A DNA stretch of 63,487 nt, filler included, from Stramenopiles sp. TOSAG23-2 (GCA_900128395.1; 20 parts of 20 records of this genome joined end to end with filler, not necessarily neighbours in it); one strand, 5' to 3'. Positions 42,711 through 54,842 are shown, counted from the first letter of the whole stretch. The notes: a model not told the origin generated them from the sequence alone. Numbers and translations: made by a program.

Positions 42711-44096
42711 TTACTCCACTGTCAACATCTCATCATCGTCATCTTGTTTCCCAAAGATTAATATGGAAAACATTTTATAATACCGTCCTAAAAAAATAGC
42801 AAAGAAGATAATAAACCAAAAACTAAACATACGACCACTTGGTAAAATACTAGTATTCATTGCATTGTTTTCATCATCGTCGTCCATCCTCGTATTTTTT
42901 TTTGCCTTCTGCTTCCAATCTTTCGCTTTCCCTAATGTATTTTCTTTTTTACCATCTAGAAAATCACTTTCTAACGATTCACCATTCATTTTACGATTTT
43001 GCAATTCTGCCATGTAACTTTGTATTGCAGGATCGGTTAAATCAATTCCATTTTTTTTTGCATCTTGTATCATTTCTTCACTAGGATTTAAAAAATTCAT
43101 ATTTTCAACTTTACGTTGTTCAACATCTTCTTTTCGTTTTGCATTTTCTGCATTAAATTTTTCAACTACTTTCATGGCATCATAATATTTTTCCCACAAC
43201 GCATCTGCTTCTTTTGTTTTTCCATCTTTTTCAAGCGCTTCTGCTTGTCGTTTCCACATTTGTATTTGTTCCAAAACAGCATTATTTTCATTAGCAATTT
43301 GTTGACTTTTGACTTGTTTACGTTGTATTCGTTTCTCCGTAGTTTCATCTAAACAGATTTCACCACGTTCAAATAGACCAGAATAATTTGATTTATCAGT
43401 TAATTTTTGTTTCTTTAATGTTTTTTTTAAACGTAATAATTCACGTTTGACACTCACGTTGTCAGGTTCCAATTTATATGCTTTTTTCAAATCATCCAAT
43501 GCACTATTAATTTCCACACCTCCAGCAGATGGTGATTTTATATTCGACATCGCACGTCTATAAAGTGCTTTCACATTGTTTTCATTAAAACGAAGTGCAT
43601 AATTACAGGCACGAACACTTAAAGCCCAATTTTTGCTTTGAAAATGGCATGTAGCAATATTGGTATATAATTTTGTTTTTAAACTTTTAATAGCATCCCG
43701 ATCTTCTTTACTGGAATCTTTATCACCAATATAATCAACCGTTTCCATATCTTCATCTTTAATACCTCGTTTTTTCCAATCATCTCTATTTGGATAAACA
43801 TAGTGAACCATTGCTATTGCATATTCATATTTTGTACATGCAGAGTTGAAATCTAATTTTTTAAAGAATGCAGTGCCTTCATCTTTCACTTTATTCGCAC
43901 TTTCAAGGCGTTCTTTACATGACAATTTACGACCTTCTTTGACTATGTCAATGCTTTGTCCATGAAACAATGTATTTTGAAAAAACGATGGCCAACTATC
44001 AAATTCCGTCCTCATAGTTGCCATTTGTGCCCCTTTGATTTTTGCTGCTTCTTGCAATAATTCATTAAATCCACCACCAGAATTTCCACCAAACAT
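42711..44096 (-). CDS. TPR co-chaperone-like protein (immunophilin-type three-TPR clamp) with C-terminal transmembrane segment
   Basis: KDEGTAFFKKLDFNSACTKY, LYTNIATCH, NVKALYRRA, ALDDLKKAYKLEPDN. Hydrophobic FSFWFIIFFAIFLG near the end. Confidence 0.85.
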   Translation of the reverse strand: MFGGNSGGGFNELLQEAAKIKGAQMATMRTEFDSWPSFFQNTLFHGQSIDIVKEGRKLSCKERLESANKVKDEGTAFFKKLDFNSACTKYEYAIAMVHYVYPNRDDWKKRGIKDEDMETVDYIGDKDSSKEDRDAIKSLKTKLYTNIATCHFQSKNWALSVRACNYALRFNENNVKALYRRAMSNIKSPSAGGVEINSALDDLKKAYKLEPDNVSVKRELLRLKKTLKKQKLTDKSNYSGLFERGEICLDETTEKRIQRKQVKSQQIANENNAVLEQIQMWKRQAEALEKDGKTKEADALWEKYYDAMKVVEKFNAENAKRKEDVEQRKVENMNFLNPSEEMIQDAKKNGIDLTDPAIQSYMAELQNRKMNGESLESDFLDGKKENTLGKAKDWKQKAKKNTRMDDDDENNAMNTSILPSGRMFSFWFIIFFAIFLGRYYKMFSILIFGKQDDDDEMLTVE

Positions 44097-44409
44097 ACTT
44101 TTATTGTGTTTTTAAAAAATAAAAGAAGAAAGAAATTGTTATTATGAATATTAGTTTATAGCACGTAATATATTAATGGCGAGTGTTATATATAGTCATA
44201 CAAGAAATATATATGTATATATATATGCATGTTCGNNNNNNNNNNNNNNNNNNNNNNNNNNNNNNNNNNNNNNNNNNNNTTAATTAATTAANNNNNNNNN
44301 NNNNNNNNNNNNNNNNNNNNNNNNNNNNNNNNNNNAACACATATATATCATATATATATATGTGTGTGTTAAATTAATACGTAAACACTCTTTCACATTC
44401 TTCAAAAAA

Positions 44410-47400
44410 TCAAAAAAAGTCAGGATATGATTCCTTGATTAAATCCATTTTGTTACGCACATATGTTGGGACATTTTCCATCAAATCTGTACCATCATCA
44501 CGTAACAAATCATACTTCTCTGCTGGACCTCTTAAAACATCTAAATATGTTACAGGTTTGTTTTCTTTCGGATCATACATCATGGAAATTCCATCTTCAA
44601 AATCAAATTTAAATAAACCATTAATAGATTGATGCACCCAGCCAACATTTAATAATCTCATAATATTTTCTTCATTTTTGTCATTATCACTTTCACTTAT
44701 GCTGAAGCTGTCCAACACCCTTTCACCAATTGATTCAAACTTTCTGCTACTATCATTGACGACTGATGACCCAACCTCTTTCTTCGTATTTTCATCATCA
44801 ATTACTTTATCGTTATCATTGCCACAATCTACATCTCCAAACAAATACATTTCTAAACTCTCTTCATTGGTTTTAGATACAGATGACGTTTCTGTCTCTG
44901 GTAAAATACCAGATGCATTGGCTTTCACTTCTTTGACAAGATCTGTCGTTTCGCTATCTACCGTTCTTTGCATTTTGCTTTCTGGTCCACCCTGTATCTC
45001 TTTGTCAGCGTTATGTTTGAAATTTGAAAAAATATTTTGATTTAAAGTCATTGGAAATGGGTATTTTGGTAACCAACCATCTGTCGTTGCTTCATTGCCC
45101 GTCTCAGCCATTTTATTTCGAGCTAATTGCAAACAGTATTCTAAAGCTTGCTGTGCCTTTTGCAATATTGTCAAACAATATCTTGCAACAAAATTTATTG
45201 GTTGTTGCCCAGCAATACTACTGCCAGTAGCAGTAGAATTTTTTGAAAACATTTCAAACCAACCAGGTGGTTGAGGCAAATTTGGTAACCACATGAAATC
45301 AACATCAACAGTATTTTCATTAAAATCGCCAAAATGCCGTGGTAATAAATTCTTTGAATGCTGCTGATTGTTCAACTTGACAGAAAACCATTCTCCCCGT
45401 GGCGTACGTATACGTGCAATAGTCGATAAGACGTTTAAACGAACGCACCCACCATCACGTTGTCGAAAGTCAAAATTTGGATACGGATCATTTGACATTA
45501 ACGTACACGTGATCCCAGCCAATTTATCATGTACTGTTAAATGTGGTGTAGTTGCCCTGACAATTTCGTTGATTTTCCATCCCAAACGGTAAATAGGATG
45601 GTATTTTATAGGCAATAAATGCCTTTTATAAATACCAGACAATTCACCTGATGGTAAATATACCTCTATAATGCCATTCTCATAATCCAATATGTTTATA
45701 CATAAACGGCTGCCATCATCATGTCTTATTATATTTAAGGTTCCTTTGCTATTTTTTAATTCTATCGATCCATCTTCCAAGTCAAACTTAAAGTCTTTCA
45801 ATCCATGTACATGAATCACTGGTAATTGTGAATATTGTTCCGTTTGCTCGTAAATATTTCCCTCTTCTACGCCAATATCATCGCCATTGTTACTTTCGCT
45901 AAAATTATCGCCATTATCTACCATCATGCAATCTTCGTCGTCGTCGTCATCGTTCAATTTATCACCCTGTTGAGATTCTTTACCACCAAAAATTAATTTA
46001 CGTGGTTTATGCTTATTTTTTCGCGGTTTAAAACTTGCTTCACTTTCGCTATGTTTATTCAAATTCACACCAACGGTTTTAGCTTCAAATAGCAAATCTA
46101 CAGACGATGAATTTAAATCTAAATCTTCCATTCTATTTTGTAATGACGTTGAGACTATACTACTTGATGCACCGGAGAAGACGGGGGTCGAAGGACCTGT
46201 AGAATCTGTTTCTAACGAATCACTTCTCCTTCTTTGTATTTTGTTTTCATTACTATTGGTACTGCTGCGATTTTTATTATGATGATGTTGTTGACGTAAG
46301 CCTTGACGTTGACGTCGATTTTTTCTAGATAAAAATTGTTCACTATTTAAAGATGATGAAGGTGTTACGGATGATCTCATAAATTGATTACGGGCATTGA
46401 TACTACTATTACTACTACTGACGCTGCTTAATGTGCTACTGATACTACTGGAAAAAGATTGAGTGAAAAGACTATTTGCATAATTTCTACTCTTCCGTGC
46501 ATGACTGGCAGCATCTAAATCTGTTGTACTATTACGATTATTGGTACTACGTATAATAGTGCCACAATGTTTCAAAATGAAACGATGTCGTAAAATATCT
46601 TCTGCACTAAGTCTTTCATCGGGATCTTCCACAATCAATTTTTGTATTAAATCTCTTGCTAATGGCGAGACTTTATTTGGAATTTTATAATCTAACATAC
46701 GAACTTTGTCAAGCGTTCCACTCGAGGTATCACTTTTAAATGGCAAACGCCCAACTATTAATGAATATAAGACAACTCCAATCGCCCATAAATCTATTGG
46801 CATGCCGTGTTGTTTTTTTGACACAGATGCAACTTCTGGTGCAATGTAATTTGGTGTACCACACATGGTATAGTGTTCATCACTTGGAGATTCTAACAAT
46901 ACAGCTAATCCAAAATCACCTATTTTTAAGTCACCATGCTCAGTTAAAAGTAGGTTTGATAATTTTAAATCACGATGCATAGTATTATTGGAATGTAAAT
47001 ACGCAATACCACTTGCTAGTTGACTAATTAATTTCGCGGCGTGAAATTCGCTAAAACCATTGGCTTGTTTGTCTCTAAACATTTTATACAAGTCACCACC
47101 GCCACAATATTCCATAACCATATATACATAATGCCTATCTTCTTCATAGTCTATCAACTTTACAATATTGTCATGATCACAACACAAATGGACTTCCACC
47201 TCTTTCACAACTCTTTTTCGAATATCTTTTCGAACAATTTTTTCTACTGAAATGACTTTAATGGCTACTTTTTTGGCTCTCATGTAAGGTTTGGCGCCTT
47301 TTTTATTTCTTGAAGATATTCTTGTACATTCATACACTTTGCCATAACCACCTTGTCCAATTATCCTACCAAATTTATAACCACTTAGAGCTGGTTTTGG

Positions 47401-47538
47401 TTTCGACAATGTTGGAGACCGTCTATTATCAATCGTATGATTCATATGACGGCTTCGTGTTGGCGTTGATTGGTGGCTATGGTGGTGATGTCTACCACTT
47501 GACGGGATATCACTTGGTATTTGTAATATATTTTCCAT
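44410..47538 (-). CDS. PLK4: Polo-like kinase 4 (SAK)
   Basis: Kinase GQGGYGKVY, VAIK, HRDLKLSN, DFG, HYTMCGTPNYIAPE. Cryptic polo-box-like LPIKYHPIYR..VRATTP..CTLMSN..PNF..DG. Terminal polo box VGWVHQ..FEDG..PTYVRNKM. Confidence 0.88.
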   Translation of the reverse strand: MENILQIPSDIPSSGRHHHHSHQSTPTRSRHMNHTIDNRRSPTLSKPKPALSGYKFGRIIGQGGYGKVYECTRISSRNKKGAKPYMRAKKVAIKVISVEKIVRKDIRKRVVKEVEVHLCCDHDNIVKLIDYEEDRHYVYMVMEYCGGGDLYKMFRDKQANGFSEFHAAKLISQLASGIAYLHSNNTMHRDLKLSNLLLTEHGDLKIGDFGLAVLLESPSDEHYTMCGTPNYIAPEVASVSKKQHGMPIDLWAIGVVLYSLIVGRLPFKSDTSSGTLDKVRMLDYKIPNKVSPLARDLIQKLIVEDPDERLSAEDILRHRFILKHCGTIIRSTNNRNSTTDLDAASHARKSRNYANSLFTQSFSSSISSTLSSVSSSNSSINARNQFMRSSVTPSSSLNSEQFLSRKNRRQRQGLRQQHHHNKNRSSTNSNENKIQRRRSDSLETDSTGPSTPVFSGASSSIVSTSLQNRMEDLDLNSSSVDLLFEAKTVGVNLNKHSESEASFKPRKNKHKPRKLIFGGKESQQGDKLNDDDDDEDCMMVDNGDNFSESNNGDDIGVEEGNIYEQTEQYSQLPVIHVHGLKDFKFDLEDGSIELKNSKGTLNIIRHDDGSRLCINILDYENGIIEVYLPSGELSGIYKRHLLPIKYHPIYRLGWKINEIVRATTPHLTVHDKLAGITCTLMSNDPYPNFDFRQRDGGCVRLNVLSTIARIRTPRGEWFSVKLNNQQHSKNLLPRHFGDFNENTVDVDFMWLPNLPQPPGWFEMFSKNSTATGSSIAGQQPINFVARYCLTILQKAQQALEYCLQLARNKMAETGNEATTDGWLPKYPFPMTLNQNIFSNFKHNADKEIQGGPESKMQRTVDSETTDLVKEVKANASGILPETETSSVSKTNEESLEMYLFGDVDCGNDNDKVIDDENTKKEVGSSVVNDSSRKFESIGERVLDSFSISESDNDKNEENIMRLLNVGWVHQSINGLFKFDFEDGISMMYDPKENKPVTYLDVLRGPAEKYDLLRDDGTDLMENVPTYVRNKMDLIKESYPDFF

Positions 47539-48481
47539 CTTTTCTATAATCTTTTATATAAATATGTATGTATTATTTCTCTATTTATTTATCTCTATGT
47601 GTATAACATATACAATATTTTATCTTTAANNNNNNNNNNNNNNNNNNNNNNNNNNNNNNNNNNNNNNNNNNNNTTAATTAATTAANNNNNNNNNNNNNNN
47701 NNNNNNNNNNNNNNNNNNNNNNNNNNNNNAGATGTTTGATGAAGCATCAAAACGTCCAAATCAATTTGCTATTATTGACCATGAAATGCGGTTCACGCCA
47801 GCTGTTCAAGCAGCACGTGTGAGATAATGTAATAAAATGATTTTTAAAAAATAATATATCTTGTATGATAAAAATCATTTTTATATTTGAAATGGAGAGA
47901 GAGATTATTGATGTACAGATCCTTTTGTATGCGATACATTTTTTATGTTTTTTAATAAAGAGGCCAGCTTGCCTTAGGGCTTGCTGGCTTGCATCATTGT
48001 AATTGTGTGCCATTGCTCTTCCTTCTTCTGTTCACACAAGAAAATGTAAGATAATAGTAAGATAGTGCTGGAGGGGTGAAGAGTGGATGCTCTAATGATG
48101 TGTGTCTGCTGCGCTACGCACTTTTGGCATAGCACGGTGGTTATTCGATTTGTACTATTTAGTATATAATTTTTGATAGGTACTTGGGTTTTACCTCGGC
48201 AAAAACGCAAAAACCCATTATTAGATGATAAAAAACACTTTTTCACGGCCGTTTTATTATTAATAACCCAAGGGTTATGTGTATGGTAAAACGTATGATA
48301 GTCATGTCAAATTGAAATATTTTAAATGGAAGCGTGATAGAGTTAATGGACGATTTAAAGATAAAAAAGCGATAATCAATAACAAAGAAATGAATGAACA
48401 ATGGCGTCGGGACCCAAAACAATGCAAAGATTGGCAAATTGATAATATAAATGCTGGATCGAAATGGTTATGACAACCTTC

Positions 48482-48840
48482 AACAGTAACCCATAAAAAC
48501 TACCTTTAATTATGTAAAAATACCCTAACAGTAACCCAACAAAAAACTACCTTTAATTATGTAAAAATACGAACAGTAATATACACACACACACTACACA
48601 CCACTTGTACTTAATGGAATCATATTTATTATCAGATCTTCATTCCAAAAGTACTATATGGTTTTAGGCTGTAATGGTCTATATTTTCATATAGTACTTT
48701 TGGAAAAAGATTTTAGTTTTCCTGGAGGCCGTTTTAACTACCTTAAAATACGCATACCCTAACAGTAACCCAACCAACTACCTTAAGTCACAGTCATACA
48801 CACACACACTACACACCACTTGTACTAAATGGAATCATGT
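48482..48840. repeat. Cluster of local direct repeats with an embedded hairpin
   Basis: AACAGTAACCC..AACTACCTT repeated three times. CACACACACTACACACCACTTGTACT twice. 18-bp perfect inverted repeat at 48643-48660/48688-48705. Confidence 0.75.
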
Positions 48841-51261
48841 TCAGCGCATGGGATCGGGTTCATAATAGGGTAAAATTTGAAGTCCCGGTTAGCTAAAATT
48901 TGAAGTTCCGGAGCAGCGGTATGTTTAACACCACGATACATAACACGAGGGTGTCAGACGTCAAACGCATACAACATATATACACAGATACATATATACA
49001 ATTAAATGATTTTTTTTCTAATACCAACTTGGTAACGAGAACAATTATTAGGTGGAACACTATCCCTAATCTGGTTCTGTTTATTTTTCCTTTCCATTCT
49101 TATTGGACCGGAGATCATATCCGCTGCATGCAATCTCACATTGAGCGCATCAGCTCCGAACCTAAATAATATCACAGCAGCAGACAACAAAGTAGTATGT
49201 AGAGAAAGTAATTAATTTTATTATTTTATTATGCGAAAAAAAAAAATAGTCATCAGTTAATAAAAATATTGTGGCTCAAAAAAAAAAGTAATCATCATCA
49301 TCATCAACAAAATAATCGACTTTAATAACCACAAATTAACACTGTAGCAAAGTACAACAAGATCATATATGCTTTAATTCATTCTTTATAATATTATTAT
49401 TATTTAAATATTCTTTAAAAATGTGCTGAAATTAAAATACATCAACATAGAGATAGCAGTGCAATACTATTTGCCTCTAAAAAATACGAATTCGATCTTT
49501 CTCTCTGAGGGACCTGCCAACCGGGCGAAAAACAGCACCAAAACACCATTAACACCTCGTGATCCAAAATATGTTACCATGCTATCCCCATGCTACTCTT
49601 TTCAGGTTTAGGGCAGGGCATTGTACTAAAGATCACGTATATAGTGTGTGGCAGTTTTAAGTATATTTTGCCTATTTCTTTCTAATATAATATATAATAT
49701 AGCTACGGACCTATTTGCTCTACTATATTACTTCGGACTAAAGCGGTAGCTATTCACATGTCTATCATAATGGTGATAGGTATTTGGCTGTTAGATTACC
49801 ATTCGGTACGGTGTTCAGCGCCGTGGTAGGAACACCAATTACAACGGAGGAGCATGGTATTACTGATTTACAATACTGTGTCCATGGTAATGAGATGAAG
49901 TAAAAAGGACCCTTAAGCTGTTATATATATATAGGATAAGTATATGGTAGTGTAAAATAGGTACTATTATTTTATGATAATTTTATTCATTTCAATTCAT
50001 TTTCTGCTGATCTTACAATATCCGCACCAAGGAAAGGTAAGATTGCTCTCATTTGCTCTTCCCAGCACAATCTGCACATAGGAGTCTCGTGGTAGTAGTG
50101 TGTAGCGGTTTTCGTACAATAATGGCACATTTTTTAATATGAAAATCAGCTCCTTTTATACCCCTAAAATTGTTTTAAAAAGTAATTGAAACGCTAGTAG
50201 GACTCTTTTGAGTCACTGTATTAGGGTCGGCAGTGGGCTGGACGTCTGCCATTGTGTGTTGGTTTTTGTATGGGCAAAGAGGTTTGTTGTTTGTATTTCA
50301 AGGGGGGGTAGAAATATTGCTCTAGTGTCCAACGACTTGGTTGATACGTATCTGGTTATTACTACGCGTTCATTCTTAGAGGCCTCTTAACAACCCCTAT
50401 TGCCACCACGCCTCGAAGCCTTTGCCAACAACCGACGACGACTCGTCTCTGGCCGTTCGATGCCGTGACGCCACGAAAAAGATCTTTTGCATCGCCAAGG
50501 TCAAAGCATGTGCCAGTTGCTTTCGCTTTCCATGCTTCCAATTCACCAGACAAATCAAACGAATCACTCTCTGATACCTCCAACAAACTTGTTCCACCAC
50601 TTTGTGAATTCTTCACGTCGCCATCGTTCACGTCATAACCAATTTGTAATGTATTTGTACGGGTTATCTCGCTGAATATATACACTAGAGGAGATTTAAT
50701 TTTTATAAAAAGTATAAAAAAGAAAGAAGGCGGTATGTGTGTGTGTGTACCTAGGATATATATATATATATATTAAATACGTATATAAACGTGTAATATA
50801 ATTTTATTTTCGTGTGTATATTTATTTCATTTATACGAAGCGTATTTAAAAAACAACCCAGGAGTGCTTCGTCTTACAAAAATATACTGTACTGTGCTAT
50901 TAATATTATACTTATCAGAGTCTGTGTCGTTTTGAGATTGAATTGATACTACTATTTTATATTTCAAAAAAAATCTCTTTGCTTAAGTACAAAAAATACC
51001 TAATCTGGCCTATCAAATATNNNNNNNNNNNNNNNNNNNNNNNNNNNNNNNNNNNNNNNNNNNNTTAATTAATTAANNNNNNNNNNNNNNNNNNNNNNNN
51101 NNNNNNNNNNNNNNNNNNNNCACATGTTTTTCAACAAAAAGTAGAAATATATATGTTAAAGTGGTATAAATGTATAGATTAGAATACTAAATATTGTACT
51201 TAAATATATCCTATTATATAGTACTTTTTTTACTGATCCTCCTGATCTTAAAAAAAAATAT

Positions 51262-51430
51262 AATATGATTATAAAAGATAAATATGATTATAAAAGATAA
51301 ATATGATTATAAAAGATAAATATGATTATAAAAGATAAATATGATTATAAAAGATAAATATGATTATAAAAGATAAATATGATTATAAAAGATAAATATG
51401 ATTATAAAAGATAAATATGATTATAAGATA
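51262..51430. repeat. 19-bp tandem repeat (AATATGATTATAAAAGATA)n
   Basis: About nine consecutive copies. Confidence 0.95.
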
Positions 51431-51539
51431 ATTGATAACGATATTGCAACGGGGGCAACGGCTTCTCGTTTGCTTTCGTTCGCGCACGCTACGCGTATAC
51501 AAGTAAAAATATAACATATATACAAAGCATGAACCAATA

Positions 51540-51772
51540 ATGTTGTCTCGCTGCTGTCAAGACATACGATGCACACAGTGCGACAAATATATAAAACTTC
51601 AAATACGCCGGTTTTGCAAAATAAATTGCAAATATATTACGCTTTAACTATCATCATGTTGTCTCGCTGCTGTCAAGACATACGATGCACACAGTGCGAC
51701 AAATATATAAAACTTCAAATACGCCGGTTTTGCAAAATAAATTGCAAATATATTACGCTTTAACTATCATCA
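51540..51772. repeat. 116-bp tandem duplication
   Basis: TGTTGTCTCGCTGCTGTCAAGAC.. at 51541 and 51657. Confidence 0.9.
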
Positions 51773-52129
51773 TCTAAATGAGGCACTGAATTTATAGCTT
51801 CAAAAAAATTGTTGCCATATACACGTTGAATAAATAACATGTTATGCCCAATACAATAAAAGTTGATGGGATAATACAAAACAGGCATTACCATCGATAA
51901 TGTGAACCTAATAATTGTATCAAGGACAGAGATGGGTGGCCACTGCGTAATTTCGATAACCAACATTTTTTGAAATTTCCGGTTGTTTTTGCACTTTTTA
52001 ACGGTTTTTCAACGTTCATATTACAGACTGTACATGTGTAGCTGTATTTGTACTACTGAATAGAACATTTTTGTTTCGCAGTTTGCCATATATTGCAATT
52101 TTTCATGTTTCAGCCAATTTTTTATTTAG

Positions 52130-52590
52130 TTTGTCATGTTGTAGCTGTTTCTGTATCGCTGTTGTCGTATCACCGGTTTCGTATCGTTGTGCCTGTACTG
52201 CTTTTTGTCGCATTTTGGCACATCTGTTTGCCCCGCTTGCGCTGTTCTTGCACCGCAATTTGCCACGTTTTAGCCGTTTTTGTATCTCTGTTTGCCACTT
52301 TTGTATTGCTGTTTGAGAATCAGGTGAGTGTGTGTCCCGGTGGGGCAGCTAAATCATCTTGTTTGTTATCGCTGTGGCCGTATCGCCAGTTTCGTATCGC
52401 TGTTCCTGTATTGCTTTTTGTCACATTTTTGTATATCTGTTTGCCCTGTTTTTGCTGTTTTTGTATCGCAATTTGTCACGTTTTTGCCAAGTTTTAGCCG
52501 TTTTTGTATTGCTGTTTGCCACTTTTTGTATTGCTGTTTGAGAAACAGATGAATGCGTGTCCCGGCGGGGCACCTTGATCATCTTGTTCA
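52130..52590. repeat. Imperfect ~235-bp T/G-rich tandem repeat (two copies) built of shorter GTATCGC/TTTGCC units
   Basis: GTTTTAGCCGTTTTTGTAT..GTTTGCCACTTTTGTATTGCTGTTTGAGAA..GTGTCCCGG recurs near 52268 and 52491. Confidence 0.8.
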
Positions 52591-52970
52591 CTACGGAGGG
52601 CGTGAACGTCGGGTCTCCACTGAGACCTGGACTAGCCCCATCCTTGCCATAGGGATGTGCACGGTCGGATCCACGCTGCGATCTGGACCAGTCCCTACTG
52701 AACGCGTGCCTCTGCGGGACCGCTATATAAATTCGTACTACGGAGGGTGTGAACGTCGGATCTCCACAGAGGTTTGGACTAGCCCCATTATTGCCATAGG
52801 GATGTGCACGGTCGGATCCACGCTGCGATCTGGACCAGTCCCTACTGAACGCGTGCCTCTGCGGGACCGCTATATAAATTCGTACTACGGAGGGTGTGAA
52901 CGTCGGATCTCCACAGAGGTTTGGACTAGCCCCATTCTTGCCATAGGGATGTGCACGGTCGGATCCGCGT
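52591..52970. repeat. 147-bp GC-rich tandem repeat (~2.6 copies)
   Basis: CTACGGAGGG at 52591, 52738 and 52885. Confidence 0.92.
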
Positions 52971-53069
52971 GGATCCTGATCAGTCCCAGATATGTATTTT
53001 GCATTATATGCTTCTTTTTTTTTTCATCGCATCAACTTGGGGAGGTGATGGGGATGCTACTTTGTATTT

Positions 53070-53790
53070 TTTTTATTTGGATTTTGAGCCGGATTTTGAT
53101 TTGATCTTTGAATTTGACTTGCATTCATTTTTTTTTATTATTTTTTTATCAACACGAACAAGTAGTAGTAGAGAATCACGAGGTCTACATTTACTACATA
53201 ATGCACGATCAGGAATTTTTTTTGGGACTTTATGACTGGTATGGATGTCCCCTCTAGTAATAGAGTATCCACCAGCAACATGTTGTAATTGATATGTAAT
53301 TTTTTCTTTTTTACAGTACTGGATTAAAACAATTTTGGATACATAATTTTCGACTGTCTAACTAATTTTTTTTATATTTTTGATTTGGATTTGGATTTTG
53401 ATTTGACTTTGGATTTTGATTTTTTTCATTTTTTTTATTTTTTTTACCAATACGATTGAGTAATAGTAGAGAATCACGAGGTCTACATTTACTACATAAT
53501 GCACGATCAGGAATTTTTTTTGGGACTTTATGACTGGTATGGATGTCCCCTCTAGTAATAGAGTATCCACCAGCAACATGTTGTAATTGATATGTAATTT
53601 TTTCTTTTTTACAGTACTGGATTAAAACAATTTTGGATACATAATTTTCGACTGTCTAACTAATTTTTTTTATATTTTTGATTTGGATTTGGATTTTGAT
53701 TTGACTTTGGATTTTGATTTTTTTCATTTTTTTTATTTTTTTTACCAATACGATTGAGTAATAGTAGAGAATCACGAGGTCTACATTTAT
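53070..53790. repeat. 298-bp tandem repeat (~2.4 copies)
   Basis: GAGAATCACGAGGTCTACATTTA at 53171, 53469 and 53767. Confidence 0.92.
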
Positions 53791-54842
53791 TATTCAACAC
53801 GTGATTATGATATTTCATTGCTCTAATGATATATTTAAATAAACAAAGAGAATATTGCAAAAATAAGTGCAAGAACCGAATGTGCGATACGATATAAGAG
53901 GTATGACAGGAGCCAATTATGTCGGGGATGGATGCGTTGCAGATTCTAGTTATATTAGGATATGTGATAGTTCCGTTTAAGCACAACCATGTGTTGTGCT
54001 TCGTTGTGAAGGTAAAAGCTGTAAGATGTTTACATCAATATGCTTCTTTCACCTTTGCAGGCAAGCAAGTTATATGTTCGATTTAGGAAGGAATGTTTTA
54101 TAGCATTAATCCTAGAGATGAATCGTGGAGCTAATAAATGATGTAAAAAGTCAATATTAGCGTGCTAACTTTGACCCCCGGAACCAATAGGCTGATCAGG
54201 ATGGAATCCTGCAGTGGCATTGATAACAGGTAGTACGCCAGTCACAATACGTGCTGGTTGGAAGGCTGCAATGAAACTATTTGAATAGCAGAAAAATGCT
54301 ATTCGGGAATGGAACAGGCTCTGGCAGAAACGTAGGATAGGCGAATACGGAAAGTGAGTACAGGCAAGTTAATGATATTAATTAGTCGTCGGAAAACTAG
54401 TACGGAAAACTNNNNNNNNNNNNNNNNNNNNNNNNNNNNNNNNNNNNNNNNNNNNTTAATTAATTAANNNNNNNNNNNNNNNNNNNNNNNNNNNNNNNNN
54501 NNNNNNNNNNNAGTTAGGTGAAGAAGCTACTCCTTCATAAAGTTGTAAATCACATTCTTTAATCAAATTATATAATAATTATAGGAATATATAATATACA
54601 TCATAATATATTTTACACACACGAATATATTATTTTTATTGTTTTATATACTTTTCGTTCGTACAATTTTTTATAGTAACACATACATAGATATCACACA
54701 CACCTTTTTAATATTTTACAAAATATGACGTATGATATCATATGTCATATCTCAAAGCACCAAACGAAAATATACGAGTATAAAAAATTCTCTTATTTAT
54801 AATGTATATAAAATATTTATTAAAATATAATATTATACGTAC

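Noticed and set aside
48520-48775. Telomere repeat (CCCTAA)
   Set aside because: Only isolated CCCTAA hexamers occur within longer repeats; there is no tandem telomeric array.
52553-53104. 183-aa ORF with 49-aa repeats
   Set aside because: It is a by-product of the 147-bp tandem repeat (a multiple of 3) and has no protein-like features.
51262-53790. Tandem arrays (also 16470-16720 and 62206-62334) as CRISPR arrays
   Set aside because: Units are head-to-tail without unique spacers, the context is eukaryotic and no cas genes are present.
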